Source: Vicugna vicugna (lineage: Eukaryota). From it: a stretch of DNA of 64,000 nt. The DNA lies in the NCBI GenBank assembly GCA_013265495.1, contig MU058241.1, positions 1,241,249 to 1,305,248 on the forward strand, written 5' to 3'. The translations under genes and the position numbers were made by a program. This document shows positions 62,623-64,000 of this stretch, piece by piece; position 1 is the stretch's first letter, and each line of letters begins with the position of its first letter. The notes beneath the pieces were generated by a model that was given only the letters and a program-made list of their open reading frames with translations, was not told the origin of the DNA and did no database searches.

Positions 62623-64000
62623 TAGGTCTCATGTGGATTTCTAGCAACACTTGCAAACCTACAGAATTACAAAGAACTGTGTGCCGACGAGTAAGCCTCA
62701 TGAAATAGGTCTTTAATAGGAAACTGTACACATATGAATAGCTCCAAAGCTCAGGACCATGGCTGAAGTAGAGGGGGTGGTGCTAACTAAATAAAATCAG
62801 ACTTCTTCCGGTTTAAAGCTCCTCGGACATAAGCCTAAGATGTTTTCTGTCTTTTCTGTTTTCCCTTAGGAAGTGCTTGGGGGAAATAATCCACATGTCT
62901 GACATAGCCCCCAAATCTGAAATTACTCTGGAAAACCTTGTACCATGAACAATAGGAATCCCCGGCTTCTGTGATTTTCAGGGTGGGATGTCCACGATAC
63001 AAGTTAACGAAACCAAACTACTTTATAAAGAAAGGCCTTAAAATGAGGGCTCGAGAGAGGTAAGCATCCATTTTCAGTGACAGTTGGGGTTTTCACTTAA
63101 AACCAAATGATCTAAAGGAAAATGCTGGGGACCAAGTACCACTTTGGGAGATTTTAAATTCACAACATCAGGAAATCCATAGGACAGTAGTTCAACTCAA
63201 AGCTTCTTTTCTTGAACAAGTTATTTTATTAGTATTAAACAACAGCCTTGAGCGGGCAAAGAGGGAAAAAGGGTTAATGGAATCTATATTTCATCCTTTT
63301 TCTGCACAAACTAAACGGACGTTTCTCTGCCCCAAGAAGATGGTCAGACGCACCTTTACTCTGAAATAACCACTACAGTGACATCTTTCAGGACGCAAAA
63401 AGCCATGAGAAGCCTGAGTGTGTTATCCCTAACTCCACTCCTTTAACAAGATGACATGGATTGGCAAGGACAGGAACTCAGTTCTTGGAAATAAATAATT
63501 GATGGTTATAAATGAACAGAGAGTTCCCACTGCTGATCAGCAGAGAAAGACACCGCACACAGGTCCTCATTCAGAGTTCCCATGTCATTCTGGAGAAGAC
63601 TCGGCTTTTCTGAGTTGAGCAAAGCCCAGAGAAAAAAATATCCCGTAAACATATGACTGGATGAGAAACATGCTGACCGCTTAATGACAAGAGGATGGCA
63701 GAACGTCATTATGAAAAATCTGTTTGGAGAGCACACTCTCACCCCAAAGACCAAAAGGTGCCATCTTAAATGCCATACGTCACTATGGAGCAGAGGGCTT
63801 GCCAGGAAGTGATGCTTTCCCGTCTGATCTGAATGCGCATGTGTTCTTCTCTGAAAGTCACCCTGGGGGCTTTGCACACAGAGATGATTATATCTGTGTC
63901 ACAGCACCACCAAGGCATGCTCCAGCAGGACTGGAAATGCTGGAGAATAAATACGGCACCGTGGCCCCAAGGTAGAGCAGAAAGCATGCAGCAGAACCAA

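Noticed and set aside
63530..63543. Perfect 14-bp palindrome CTGCTGATCAGCAG
   Set aside because: A few palindromes of this length are expected by chance in 64 kb (64000/4^7 is about 4).
1..64000. Non-L1 ORFs in the six-frame track (for example 27970-28656, 19738-20277, 29726-30259, 47545-48009)
   Set aside because: No recognisable domains; they overlap repeats or each other in several frames, and their lengths are compatible with chance in GC-rich mammalian DNA.

Overview
This is mammalian non-coding DNA, most likely camelid (alpaca/llama/camel). The assignment rests on four copies of a short tRNA-Ala-derived SINE resembling camelid Vic-1 and on artiodactyl-type LINE-1 3' ends. I find no host protein-coding exon, rRNA, true tRNA or CRISPR array, so the window looks intronic or intergenic, and I cannot name a host gene. 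Almost all of the ORF track is noise; the only recognisable proteins are LINE-1 ORF2 fragments. Much of the window is transposable-element fossils: L1, L2, MIR, possible CR1, MLT/ERV LTRs, MER5/20/58/44/82 and Tigger1. Family names come from remembered consensus sequences, not from a search, and old-repeat boundaries are approximate. The best-supported observations are: (1) a young 5'-truncated L1 (37533-39519) with a perfect 17-bp target-site duplication (TSD) and an ORF2 broken only by two compensating homopolymer indels; (2) a ~140-bp tandem duplication just upstream of that L1; (3) an old 5'-inverted (twin-primed) L1 with a nested SINE; (4) two minisatellites with 47- and 51-bp units; (5) a ~259-bp tandem duplication near a 553-bp assembly gap; (6) a few repeat-free stretches with enhancer-like motifs. 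I see no evidence for a new biological system.
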